Assembly: GCA_031362565.1 (NCBI GenBank) | Contig: JANLSU010000039.1 | Location: 96,001-160,000, forward strand | Direction: 5' to 3' | DNA from: a bacterium | GTDB taxonomy: Bacteria > Krumholzibacteriota > Krumholzibacteriia > G020349025 | Length of the DNA stretch: 64,000 bases | Shown: in pieces, positions 48,886-58,546 of the stretch | Layout of the letters: each line of letters begins with the position of its first letter | How positions within the stretch are numbered: position 1 is the stretch's first letter | Position numbers and translations under genes: made by a program | The notes under the pieces: model-generated | What the model was told of the DNA's origin: nothing | What the model saw: the letters and a program-made list of their open reading frames with translations, nothing else | Database searches by the model: none

Positions 48886-50922
48886 GTGCGCCGCTTCTTC
48901 TGCGCGGTAATCCTGGCTTCGTGTTGCAGTGCATCTGCGGCGTGGGGACAGTCGTACCAGATGGTCTGGCAAGACGAATTCAACGGCACACAGCTCGATC
49001 TCACCAAGTGGGAATCGCAGGTCGGCGATGGCTGTCCGGCGCTTTGCGGCTGGGGCAACAACGAACTCGAGTACTACCGCACCCAGAATGCCGCCGTCGC
49101 GAGCGGCCTTCTGACGATCACTGCGAAGCGAGAGAATTTCGGCGGCCGCAGCTACACTTCAGCGCGGCTGCGCACCAAGAATCGCGGCGATTGGAAGTAC
49201 GGCCGCATCGAGATGCGGGCCAAGATGCCGATCGGTCGAGGGCTGTGGCCGGCGTTCTGGATGCTGCCGACCGATGAAGTGTACGGGACGTGGGCCGCCA
49301 GCGGCGAAATCGACATCTTGGAGTATCTGGGGCACCAGCCCAACCAAGTCTTTGGGACACTCCACTACGGCGGGACCTATCCCAATAACCAGTTCACGTC
49401 AAATCTGTTCACGTTGGGCTCCGGGAACTTCAACAGCGGCTTTCACGACTTCGCGCTCGAGTGGGAGCCCTGCGAGCAGCGCTGGTACGTCGACGGAGTT
49501 CTTTATGCGACACAGAAGAACTGGAACTCGACTGGCGGACCCTATCCGGCGCCTTTCGACCAACGTTTTCATTTGTTGCTGAACCTCGCGGTCGGTGGCA
49601 ACCTGCCCGGCCCGCCGGATGCAAGCACGGTGTTTCCGCAAACCCTGGTGGTCGACTACGTGCGCGTCTACCAGCTGCCGGACATCAGCGCCTGTATCGG
49701 CGTATTCGATGGCATGGATCACGCGAACCCGTTCGCCAACGGCTGGTTCACGTTCACCGGCGGCGTGGGCGGCGGTGGGATCGGAGCGAATCTCGTCGAC
49801 TTGCCGCCGGTCGACGGGTGCCGGGCGTCACTCGAAGGCGGCTGGGGCTCGGGCGGACAGCCTGGCTTCATGGGCGGCTTCGGTCGCCGTCACCCCATGG
49901 ATCTCGCCGGCATGACTCACTTTTCTTGTTGGATCCATCCCGACGCGGGTCAACAATACACTCTCGAGATCAATCTTCAGGATGACGACAATGGCGATGA
50001 CATCATTCCCAGCTCGCCGACTGCGGCCGACGACGAATTCCAGTTCAACTGCTTGGTGGGCCCCGCTGGACCCACCGCGGTCAGCGGCGGCGGCTGGCAG
50101 CGCCTTTCCATTCCGCTCGCCAGCTTCACCGACGACAACTCGTTTTATTTCGGCGGCAACGGGATTTTGGACCCGATACCGGTGACAGCTGGCGGCAATG
50201 GCCGCTTGATTAACGTTGTGATGAGCGTCATCAGCACGAGCGGCAGTAACGTCACGTTCCGAACCGACCGCTGGGCATTCACGCGGCAAACCGCCACTGT
50301 CACCGGGCAGATCTGGAACGACGCCAACGGCGACGGCGTCCTGGGTGGCACGGAATCGGGGCTCAACGGGGTTCGCGCCAATCTCTTCGATACGGCACTC
50401 GGCTCGGTTGTCGCGACGAGTACGACCGGCAGCAGCGGCAACTACAGTTTCAGCGCCCTGCTCGGTGGCCATTACGAGGTGCGGCTCGACCCGAGCACCC
50501 TGCCGACGGGTTTCGTGCCAACCGCCGATCCCGACGGCATTGCGACGCCCAATGTGTTCGCTTTGGATCTTGGCTGCGACCAAACCGCGCCGAGCCGGAA
50601 TTTCGGCTACTTTCCGACGAATTCCGACGTCCCCGCGTTCAGAAGCATCGACGTCTTACGGCAGAACGTTCCCAACCCGTTCAATCCCAGCACCTGGATC
50701 GAGTTCGAGTTGGGCGAGGACACCTTCGCGGAGATCGCCGTCTGTGACGTGGCGGGCCGCACGGTGAGGATTCTAACGCGGGCCGCAACGCCGGCAGGGC
50801 CGCATCGGGTCGCATGGGACGGTCGCGACGCGGCCGGAGCCCCAGTTGTGAGCGGCGTATATTACTACCGGCTTCACACCGCGCACGGCAGCTGGACGAA
50901 ACGCATGGTCCTGCTCCGGTGA
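48886..50922 (+). CDS. GH16 laminarinase-type endo-beta-1,3-glucanase with CBM-like, SdrD-B-like and FlgD-like tail domains
   Basis: GGAGG RBS; WQDEF, GWGNNELEYY, YTSARL, WPAFWML, GEIDILE, LNLAVGG and VDYVRVYQ; later GQIWNDANGDG; tail QNVPNPFNP. Confidence 0.93.
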   Translation: MRRFFCAVILASCCSASAAWGQSYQMVWQDEFNGTQLDLTKWESQVGDGCPALCGWGNNELEYYRTQNAAVASGLLTITAKRENFGGRSYTSARLRTKNRGDWKYGRIEMRAKMPIGRGLWPAFWMLPTDEVYGTWAASGEIDILEYLGHQPNQVFGTLHYGGTYPNNQFTSNLFTLGSGNFNSGFHDFALEWEPCEQRWYVDGVLYATQKNWNSTGGPYPAPFDQRFHLLLNLAVGGNLPGPPDASTVFPQTLVVDYVRVYQLPDISACIGVFDGMDHANPFANGWFTFTGGVGGGGIGANLVDLPPVDGCRASLEGGWGSGGQPGFMGGFGRRHPMDLAGMTHFSCWIHPDAGQQYTLEINLQDDDNGDDIIPSSPTAADDEFQFNCLVGPAGPTAVSGGGWQRLSIPLASFTDDNSFYFGGNGILDPIPVTAGGNGRLINVVMSVISTSGSNVTFRTDRWAFTRQTATVTGQIWNDANGDGVLGGTESGLNGVRANLFDTALGSVVATSTTGSSGNYSFSALLGGHYEVRLDPSTLPTGFVPTADPDGIATPNVFALDLGCDQTAPSRNFGYFPTNSDVPAFRSIDVLRQNVPNPFNPSTWIEFELGEDTFAEIAVCDVAGRTVRILTRAATPAGPHRVAWDGRDAAGAPVVSGVYYYRLHTAHGSWTKRMVLLR

Positions 50923-50943
50923 CCCGGGGGCGTGACACCGGGC

Positions 50944-53900
50944 TCAAGATTGGTAGAGCGCGCTTTCACGCACCCCGACGTCGAGCCGCGTGATGTGACC
51001 GAGTCGTTCGAAGAGCGCTCGGCTGAGGCCGGCGTCGAGCCGGTCACCGGCGAGAGTGGCCGCGCTGCCGTCGCTGGTGTGGACGCGAATCCAAGCCGTA
51101 TCCTGGCTCAGCTCGTAGACGATCGGCACCTGACAATAACTGAACGCAAGTGCCCCAGCCGGCACGTCGATGGAGCGATACACTGCACTCCGATCGAAGA
51201 AGTTGTACGTACCCGGTTCCCGCCGGAATTCGTTGCGCCTCAGGAGTGCGGGACGGAAGGCGATGATGCCACGCTCGACATCGACACCCAACTCGCCGAA
51301 CCGGGTGAGGATATCCTCTTTGACCTGTCCAGTCACACCGGGCTGCTGGGCGCCGGCGTGTGATGGCGTATGCGAATAGGGGTCGGTCGGAAACGCGCCA
51401 TACTCTTGGACTGTTTTCTCGAAACCCAGGCCGGCGCGGATTCGGTAGTAATTCTGCGCCAGCGCGCCGGTGAGCGCCACGGGCTCGGCCTCCCGCGTCG
51501 CGCGCAGCGCCAGCTCTTGCACGGCGAGCAGGAGCTTCGACACCATGTGCCAGTAGACGCAGCCCAGACCCTCGTAACCATACATGCTGCCCGAGCGGCC
51601 GGTGAAAGCGTGATGGCGAAAGACCGTCTCGAAGACGTCGAGCACCGCCTGGCGGTCGCGTGCGACATGCTCCGACCAAGCATCGCGCGCCGCGAGGTGA
51701 TCCAGGGCTGAACCCAGGTCGAGTGCATTCTTGAAGTCGGCATGGAACCGGTACGCTCCGAGCGCATCGCGTTCCACAATCGAATTCTCCTTGGCTTCAA
51801 CCAGGTTCCGCAAGAGCGGCACGCTGCGCACGTGCTCGTCGGGAACGACGTTCCGCTCGATGAACCCCGGGAGCTCACGCTCCGGATACAGCAAGAAACT
51901 GCGTTGGTCGGCCCGGTACATGCGGCTCCGGAACAAGCTTGTGAGGACCTGGAGCGCGTCGACGGGACTCACGACTCCGGAGCTCAACACGGCCACTTGT
52001 CCCTCGAGCATCTCCTCCAGGTGCCGAATCGCGATCTCAGGCCGATCCGGCGTCATCTGCAGCAGGTTGTACGAGTGGTAGAGACCATCGGGCCGCTGGT
52101 TGGCACGAATCGCATGGTCGAGATACTCCAAGGCGACGCGGCAAAGCGCCCCGATCTCCGCCACTGGAATCGCTTCCCTGCCGGAAAATCCGCGCGCGTA
52201 GACCGCCGCGCGGTATTCCGAGAATGTCCGGCCCAAAGCATCCATCAACTGCCGGCGATCGACATCCTGCACTTTGTCCGACGCGAGAACCCCGCGGTTC
52301 GCACTCAGGATCTTGTGCACTTGCTGCAACCAAAGCACAACCTCGGCCGACATCTGCACCGCGGTGGGTCCCAGAGGCGCCACGAGGCCTTCGAGAAACG
52401 CCAGGTACCGGCGCAGATAGCACAGGGTGACCATCGAGATTCCGTTGCCCACGAGCGCATTGTTCGCGTCGTTCCATTCCGGCCGCTGGGTGTTCATCCA
52501 AATACCGGCATCCGGCACCAGGTTCGAGAGTTTCGAGAGCGCCGGAACCACGAGCTTCTCGAGCAAATTGACGTGATACACCGATCCGTCGCGACCCGGC
52601 ACGAGCTTCCCGTCGGTCCCGATGGCGCGGACACGGTCGGCGATCCGCTTGGCCAGTTCCGCGTCGTAGACGACTGTCGAGCGCGGGTCTTGCAGCATTT
52701 CCTCGTATGGTTTGACCCGGTACGGAACGTCCGCGTAGCAAAAAACCTCGCGATCGAGCAGATCCTCGAGTTTGCCGGGCACAAAGTTCGCCAGCGCCTC
52801 GAGAAACTTCAGCAGGTAGACGATCTGGTGGTCGCCCCAGTATCCGATGCAACTCCACGGATCATCCGGGTCGGCGACCTCCCAATCGATACCCTCATGG
52901 GTAATTCGATACGGATTGAACCCATCGATGGTGGACGCGTTGACGAACTTGGCGATGAAACTCGGCAGGAAACAGGGAAAGCTCCGGGCGAGCGCCTCCC
53001 AGTTCTGAAAGATGTCCCGCCAGTTGCCCTCGTAACGCAGGGCACGGCTACCGTCCGGGTTCCGGGTGCGAATCGAAAAGCGATTCCAGGGCCGGCTGGG
53101 ATCGCCATGCCGGCGGCCAAAGTAGATCGGCAGGTACTCGTGGCACAGTCGTTCGAGATCCGGATCCTGGGTGCGGGCGGCCGCGGCGGCCAGGTCCGGC
53201 AGGAGAATCTCAGCCGGTAGGGCTGCCAGGAAAGCGTGATTGCGGCCGGCGGCCACGCGGTTCCGTGCCCGCAGACTCGCCGCAAGATCCGCCGTCGAGA
53301 TGCCGTAGTCGTGCGCGAACGTACCGCCCCGCATGTTGTTGAACACGACGCATGCCAAGTGATGACCAGCGGCCTCACGTTGGCCGGTGAGCTGGATTCC
53401 ATCGGCATTGCCGGCATTGCGGAGCAAGTTCCGGTTCGCGTTCAAGAGACTGTCTTCGATCGCGCGGTCGAGACCCGCCGCCTCTCCGAGGCGGCGGCGG
53501 AGGGCGGCAATTTGGACGTGGCTCTGGCCGGTATCGGCGACGACATGCCACTTCGCATGCGCCCCGGGTTCCAATTCGAGCCGCGCGGCGACAAGGTAGT
53601 TGCCGCGGCGCCCGGTCAAAGAATGCCCGTGGTGGACCGCCGCGCCGCGCCGGAACGCCGCAATCGCGTCCGCTGCAAGACAGACGTCGAAACCAGCGAG
53701 GCCGCAACTCCAAACCGTGTTGGCGCGCAGCTCTTCAGCTGCTTCGGGCCGGTCGATAATGCGCGCGGTGAGCGAGAAAACCCCGAGCCGCGTTTCTGGA
53801 TCGCAGTCGCTGCGTTTGTACGCATCGACCAGGCAACTCGACTGTTGATAGAGCGCGAGGGGCACGCCATGGGGCAGGACATTTCGCAAGCCGTCAAGGA

Positions 53901-54411
53901 CCGCCGCCCCGATCGCACCGGAACCTCGATTGGTAAGAGTCGCGGTACGCACCAGGCCGAACTCATCACTTCCGGCCCAGCGATACCGAAACACGAGACC
54001 GAGATCGTGATTGATCTCTTCGAAAAGAACCCGGTTGCCGAGCGGCGTCTTGTACAGATTCCGCTCGATGCGGAAGTCCTCCGCAGCGCGTTCGGAAAAC
54101 GGCTGCCACAAGACATCGCGCCTGGAGTGCCGTTGCAGCCGAATGAGGCTGATGGGGCCCGTGTGGTAATGGCCGTCGTGAAGCTTGTCGACCGTTTCGT
54201 AGGGAAACAGGCTGCCGTCGGGGTCCGTTCTCCCCGCCGTCAGGCCGCCGCCGGAACTGATGAACATCCACAGATCGGCGTCGCTGGTGATGCTCATCAG
54301 AAATGGCGGCAGCCGGTCGTAGGCGGAGATACGGTAATACTCCTCCCCGTCCACCAACGTGAACTCGCCGGCTGGCTCCGGGCGAGTCTGTGCGGCGCGA
54401 CCGATGGTCAA
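50944..54411 (-). CDS. GH149-like beta-1,3-glucan phosphorylase
   Basis: 1155 aa with no signal peptide. RRHGDPSRPWNRFSI, YEGNWRDIFQNWEAL, GYWGDHQI, WMNTQRPEWNDANNAL and GQVKE were recognised from memory as GH149 motifs. TTG start after GAGGAG. Confidence 0.82.
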   Translation of the reverse strand: MTIGRAAQTRPEPAGEFTLVDGEEYYRISAYDRLPPFLMSITSDADLWMFISSGGGLTAGRTDPDGSLFPYETVDKLHDGHYHTGPISLIRLQRHSRRDVLWQPFSERAAEDFRIERNLYKTPLGNRVLFEEINHDLGLVFRYRWAGSDEFGLVRTATLTNRGSGAIGAAVLDGLRNVLPHGVPLALYQQSSCLVDAYKRSDCDPETRLGVFSLTARIIDRPEAAEELRANTVWSCGLAGFDVCLAADAIAAFRRGAAVHHGHSLTGRRGNYLVAARLELEPGAHAKWHVVADTGQSHVQIAALRRRLGEAAGLDRAIEDSLLNANRNLLRNAGNADGIQLTGQREAAGHHLACVVFNNMRGGTFAHDYGISTADLAASLRARNRVAAGRNHAFLAALPAEILLPDLAAAAARTQDPDLERLCHEYLPIYFGRRHGDPSRPWNRFSIRTRNPDGSRALRYEGNWRDIFQNWEALARSFPCFLPSFIAKFVNASTIDGFNPYRITHEGIDWEVADPDDPWSCIGYWGDHQIVYLLKFLEALANFVPGKLEDLLDREVFCYADVPYRVKPYEEMLQDPRSTVVYDAELAKRIADRVRAIGTDGKLVPGRDGSVYHVNLLEKLVVPALSKLSNLVPDAGIWMNTQRPEWNDANNALVGNGISMVTLCYLRRYLAFLEGLVAPLGPTAVQMSAEVVLWLQQVHKILSANRGVLASDKVQDVDRRQLMDALGRTFSEYRAAVYARGFSGREAIPVAEIGALCRVALEYLDHAIRANQRPDGLYHSYNLLQMTPDRPEIAIRHLEEMLEGQVAVLSSGVVSPVDALQVLTSLFRSRMYRADQRSFLLYPERELPGFIERNVVPDEHVRSVPLLRNLVEAKENSIVERDALGAYRFHADFKNALDLGSALDHLAARDAWSEHVARDRQAVLDVFETVFRHHAFTGRSGSMYGYEGLGCVYWHMVSKLLLAVQELALRATREAEPVALTGALAQNYYRIRAGLGFEKTVQEYGAFPTDPYSHTPSHAGAQQPGVTGQVKEDILTRFGELGVDVERGIIAFRPALLRRNEFRREPGTYNFFDRSAVYRSIDVPAGALAFSYCQVPIVYELSQDTAWIRVHTSDGSAATLAGDRLDAGLSRALFERLGHITRLDVGVRESALYQS

Positions 54412-54478
54412 CTTCCGGCTCCTCGATTTCGATGCAAGCCGCGCCGCCTGGATGTCGCTCGGGCGTGACTACGACTGG

Positions 54479-55903
54479 TTACTTCATCAGCACCATGTTG
54501 TGCGCCAATTTACCCGCCGAGGTTGTCAGCACGTACCGATAAATCCCCGTTGCGGCGGTGCCGCCATTCGTCGTCTTTCCATCCCACACCACAGCGTGTG
54601 GGCCCGGCTCCACAGTGCCGCGCAACAGAGTCGCCATCCGCCGGCCGGCGACATCGTAAATGCTCAGGTCCACGGTGTCCGCCTGCGGCAGATCGAACGC
54701 AATGCGAGTCGACGGATTGAAAGGGTTCGGTACGTTTTGATGCAGCCAGAGACTGGCGGCGGGCGTGCCGGGAGCAACGTCCGTCGGGCCTTGTTGCCGG
54801 AACAACACGTCATCGATGAACATCGCTCCGCCGGATATCGTTGGCGAAACGAAGAGAATATACGCTTGTACCGACGCGGTGCCTGCCGGAGCCGGGGGGG
54901 ATCTCAGGACATGCTGCGTCCATGTTCCAAGCGGCGCAGCGTGGTCGATGATCACCGTTTGGCTCGAGCCGATCTCGGTGTTGGCGGCATCGCGGAACAC
55001 GATCTTGGCGAGCCCGAGGTTGTCGTTGGTCCCGGAAATGGGGCCGTCCTGGCACGTGGTCAGCGAGTAGACATCGAGCTTCCATTTCGATCCCGGCGCC
55101 GCCGCAAAAGCCTGATACATGCCGGAATCGGAACCCAAGACAAACGTCGAGAACAACTTGGCGGCGCCGGCCGGCGTACGGGCTGCGAATGCGCGCCCGT
55201 CGTACAGCGCGTTGCCGAACGTGGTCCAGCCGTTCAGGCTGGTGGCAAAACTCGAGTTGGCCAGGAGATTGGATTCCGCGGCGCCCGGCGTCAGCTCGAC
55301 GAACGACGTGTCATCCACGTAGACCGCTCCGCCATCGCAGGCCGGCTGCAGGTACAGGAACATGGCCTGCACACGCAATGCGCCGGGAGGAACCGGCGCC
55401 GACACCGAGAAGGCGTTCCACTGGTTGCGAATCGAGTTGCCGTCACCGATGACGACTTCGTTCGAAGAAATCTCGGAGCCGCCACCCGCAGCATTGAAAA
55501 AGACGATCTTCGCGATCATGCGGTTCTTGTTGCAGGTGTCGGTGCCCGGAATAGGGTCGGCACTCGACACGTACGAATAGCCGCTCAGCCGATAAAGCTT
55601 GCCGGGCGTCGGTGCGAGGAGGGATTGGAAGCAACCACTGACGTTGAACCCCCCAGGACCGGGACAGCCCGGGAATGCTCCGAAGATCTTCGACGCGGCA
55701 ACGCCGGTGCGAATGATGTTGTCTCCCGCCGGCAGCGACAACGCCACATTGTTCCCAGGAAAAGTGGACCAGCCGTTGTACGAGCCGCCTGCCGCCTCGA
55801 AGCCGGGGTTGGTCAGGAGATTGGCCTGCGCGAACGATTGTGACGCGATGGCCAATGCGGCCACGAACGTCAACGGAAGCGAAGCGTTCAAGAGGCGCTG
55901 CAT
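54479..55903 (-). CDS. Secreted protein with two CBM-like domains and FlgD-like tail
   Basis: GAGGAG RBS and signal peptide; tandem ANLLTNPGFE and SNLLANSSF domains ending VYVDD and MFIDD; tail QNVPNPFNP...WDG. Confidence 0.8.
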   Translation of the reverse strand: MQRLLNASLPLTFVAALAIASQSFAQANLLTNPGFEAAGGSYNGWSTFPGNNVALSLPAGDNIIRTGVAASKIFGAFPGCPGPGGFNVSGCFQSLLAPTPGKLYRLSGYSYVSSADPIPGTDTCNKNRMIAKIVFFNAAGGGSEISSNEVVIGDGNSIRNQWNAFSVSAPVPPGALRVQAMFLYLQPACDGGAVYVDDTSFVELTPGAAESNLLANSSFATSLNGWTTFGNALYDGRAFAARTPAGAAKLFSTFVLGSDSGMYQAFAAAPGSKWKLDVYSLTTCQDGPISGTNDNLGLAKIVFRDAANTEIGSSQTVIIDHAAPLGTWTQHVLRSPPAPAGTASVQAYILFVSPTISGGAMFIDDVLFRQQGPTDVAPGTPAASLWLHQNVPNPFNPSTRIAFDLPQADTVDLSIYDVAGRRMATLLRGTVEPGPHAVVWDGKTTNGGTAATGIYRYVLTTSAGKLAHNMVLMK

Positions 55904-56069
55904 CGTGACCCTCCTCAGGTGAAGCACCGGGAACGAATCTCGTTGCGAATCGGTGTCGATCTCGATCCCGACTCGATGGCGCGCGGCCGTGTCGCGGCGC
56001 GCCAGGACTCCAGACGACACCCGGCGCGCCTGCTTGTGGACCCATAGGGGGCGGAGGCCGATGCGTGTC

Positions 56070-56118
56070 TTGACAGTCCTATTGGGATCCTACACTATGT
56101 TCGATAGGCGAACAAAGT
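56070..56118. promoter_or_regulatory. 25-bp palindromic operator with overlapping divergent sigma-70 promoters
   Basis: ACTATGTTCG-ATAGG-CGAACAAAGT (56094-56118). Minus strand TTGTTC-N17-TAGGAT; plus strand TTGACA-N17-CACTAT. Confidence 0.72.
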
Positions 56119-56143
56119 CCCTTTTTTCGTGGCGAGGCACCGG

Positions 56144-57151
56144 ATGCAGGCCGATCGCACATTGCCGCAGGCCCCGTTGCTCGAACTGTGCGGCATCCGC
56201 AAGACTTTCACCTCGACCGGGCTGTTCGCGGCCGCGCGCCGCGTTGTCGCCGCGTCCGACGTCTCGTTCGCGATCGAGCGCGGACAGGCCGTGGCGTTGG
56301 TCGGCGAATCGGGTAGCGGCAAGAGCACCCTCGCACGGCTCGTCCTGCGGCTCGAAAACCCGGACGTTGGCGAGATTCGTCTCGACGGCCTGGATATGCT
56401 GGCCCAGGAGCCTCGTGGAGCTTCCCTTGGCTATCGCGCCCGCGTGCAAATGGTGTTTCAGGACCCCTTTGGCTCGCTGAACCCAGTCCACGACGTCTTC
56501 CATCATTTGGAGCGACCGCTGCGGCGCCATCACCGGGCAGAGCCTGCGAACGTGCGAGCGCGGGCCCTGGAACTGCTGAATATTGTCGGCCTCGAGCCGG
56601 CCGAGGACTTCATCGACCGGCGTCCGTACGAACTGTCGGGCGGGCAGCGCCAGCGAGTCGCCATCGCCCGCGCCCTCGCGGTGGACCCCGACCTCCTGGT
56701 CGCCGATGAGCCGACGTCGATGCTCGACGTGTCGATCCGCATGGGGGTTCTGAACCTTCTCGCGCATCTCAAGCGCGACCGGCACCTCGCCATCCTGCTC
56801 ATCACGCACGATCTGGCGTCGGCGCGTTACCTGGCGGACCGCGTCCTTGTTCTCTATCGCGGCCGGGTCGTGGAAGAGGGCTCGACCAACGCCGTGATCG
56901 AGACGCCGGCCCACCCTTACACGCGTGCGCTTCTGGCTTCCATCGCCGGCGACGCAGCGGACACGCAGCGGACCGCGCCGCGATGGGTCGAAGCCTCGAG
57001 TGGCGAAGAAACCCACGGCTGTCCGTTTGCGCCGCGCTGCCCCGACGTGCTCGACATTTGTCACACCGAGGATCCGCCGCCGCGGACTGCGAACGGCCGC
57101 CAAGTTCGCTGCCACCTGTACCCGCAAAACGCGCCGGCATCCGGGAGCTGA
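56144..57151 (+). CDS. Opp/Dpp-type ABC transporter ATP-binding subunit (OppF-like)
   Basis: GESGSGKST, QMVFQDP, LSGGQRQR, ADEPTS, HPYT and the Cys-rich tail GCPFAPRC...CHL. Confidence 0.95.
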   Translation: MQADRTLPQAPLLELCGIRKTFTSTGLFAAARRVVAASDVSFAIERGQAVALVGESGSGKSTLARLVLRLENPDVGEIRLDGLDMLAQEPRGASLGYRARVQMVFQDPFGSLNPVHDVFHHLERPLRRHHRAEPANVRARALELLNIVGLEPAEDFIDRRPYELSGGQRQRVAIARALAVDPDLLVADEPTSMLDVSIRMGVLNLLAHLKRDRHLAILLITHDLASARYLADRVLVLYRGRVVEEGSTNAVIETPAHPYTRALLASIAGDAADTQRTAPRWVEASSGEETHGCPFAPRCPDVLDICHTEDPPPRTANGRQVRCHLYPQNAPASGS

Positions 57152-57157
57152 GGCTCG

Positions 57158-58546
57158 ATGGGCACGCACGTTTTCCCGCCAGGGTTTTTATGGGGTGTGG
57201 CGACATCCGCCCCACAGATCGAGGGCGGGTTCGCGGCAGGCAAGCGTGGAGAGTCCATTTGGGACCGCTTCGCCGCGACTCCCGGTCGGATCGCCGACGG
57301 TTCCAACCCCACGATCGCGTGCGATCACTACCATCGATGGCCGGAGGATGTCCGGCTCTTGCAGTGGCTCGGCGTTGGAGCCTACCGATTCTCGATCGCC
57401 TGGCCGCGGGTGCTGCCGGCAGGCCGCGGCCCAATCAACACGGCCGGACTCGACTTCTACGACGGTCTCGTCGATGCACTTCTGGATGTCGGCGTTGAGC
57501 CGTTCGTGACGCTGTACCACTGGGATCTGCCCCAGGTTTTGCAGGATGAAGGCGGCTGGGGCGCGCGCCATACGGCAGAGGCGTTCGCGGCCTACGCGGC
57601 TGTCGTGGCGAAACGCCTCGGCGACCGCGTGCACCGCTGGATCACCCACAACGAGCCCTGGTGCGTCTCCGTCCTCGGGCACGAAGAGGGCCAGCATGCG
57701 CCCGGCCACCAAGACCCCGCGGAAGCGGTGCGCGTCGCGCACCATTTGCTGCTTTCACACGCCTGGGCGAGGGATGCGGTGCGCCAGAACGCGCCCGGAT
57801 CCGAGGTTGGAATCACGCTCAACCTCACGCCCGGATATCCCGCCTCCGAAAGCGACGCCGACCGTTTGGCGACGCACCGTTTCGACGGCTTGTTCAACCG
57901 CTGGTTCCTCGATCCGCTCTTCCGCGGTTGTTATCCCGCGGACACGGTGGCGGACCGGATTCGCCGCGGCCACGTCGAATCCGACCTGCCATTCGTGCAG
58001 GACGGTGATCTGCGCGCCATCGCGGCACCGATGGATTTTCTGGGCGTGAACTACTATAGCCGCGCCATCGTCCGCGCCGATGCTGCGGGCGACCCGATCG
58101 CGGTGCCGCTGCCTCCACAGACCGAGCAGACCGCAATGGAATGGGAAGTCTTTCCCGAGGGGCTCTACGATCTTCTCGCCCGCATTTGGCGCGAGTATCG
58201 TCCGCCAAAGATCTACATCACCGAGAATGGCGCTGCTTACCTCGACGAGGTCGAGGTTGGAGGGCACGTCTCCGACGTGCGCCGCGTCGAATTCCTGCGC
58301 CGCCACCTCGCCGCAGCACACCGTGCAATTGCCGCCGGGGTACCACTTCACGGTTATTTCGCTTGGTCACTTCTCGACAACTTTGAATGGGCCGAAGGCT
58401 ACGCGAAGCGTTTCGGCCTGTACCGCGTCGACTTTGCCACGCAGGAACGCACCGCCAAAGAAAGCGCCATCTGGTATCGCGACGTCGCGGCCACAAGTGC
58501 GGTCGACGACAGAATGGATCCGGCCACCGCCAGGAGGCTCCCATGA
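57158..58546 (+). CDS. GH1 beta-glucosidase
   Basis: FLWGVATSAPQIEG, YRFSIAWPR, TLYHWDLP, HNEP (acid/base), ITENG (nucleophile) and DNFEW. Confidence 0.96.
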   Translation: MGTHVFPPGFLWGVATSAPQIEGGFAAGKRGESIWDRFAATPGRIADGSNPTIACDHYHRWPEDVRLLQWLGVGAYRFSIAWPRVLPAGRGPINTAGLDFYDGLVDALLDVGVEPFVTLYHWDLPQVLQDEGGWGARHTAEAFAAYAAVVAKRLGDRVHRWITHNEPWCVSVLGHEEGQHAPGHQDPAEAVRVAHHLLLSHAWARDAVRQNAPGSEVGITLNLTPGYPASESDADRLATHRFDGLFNRWFLDPLFRGCYPADTVADRIRRGHVESDLPFVQDGDLRAIAAPMDFLGVNYYSRAIVRADAAGDPIAVPLPPQTEQTAMEWEVFPEGLYDLLARIWREYRPPKIYITENGAAYLDEVEVGGHVSDVRRVEFLRRHLAAAHRAIAAGVPLHGYFAWSLLDNFEWAEGYAKRFGLYRVDFATQERTAKESAIWYRDVAATSAVDDRMDPATARRLP

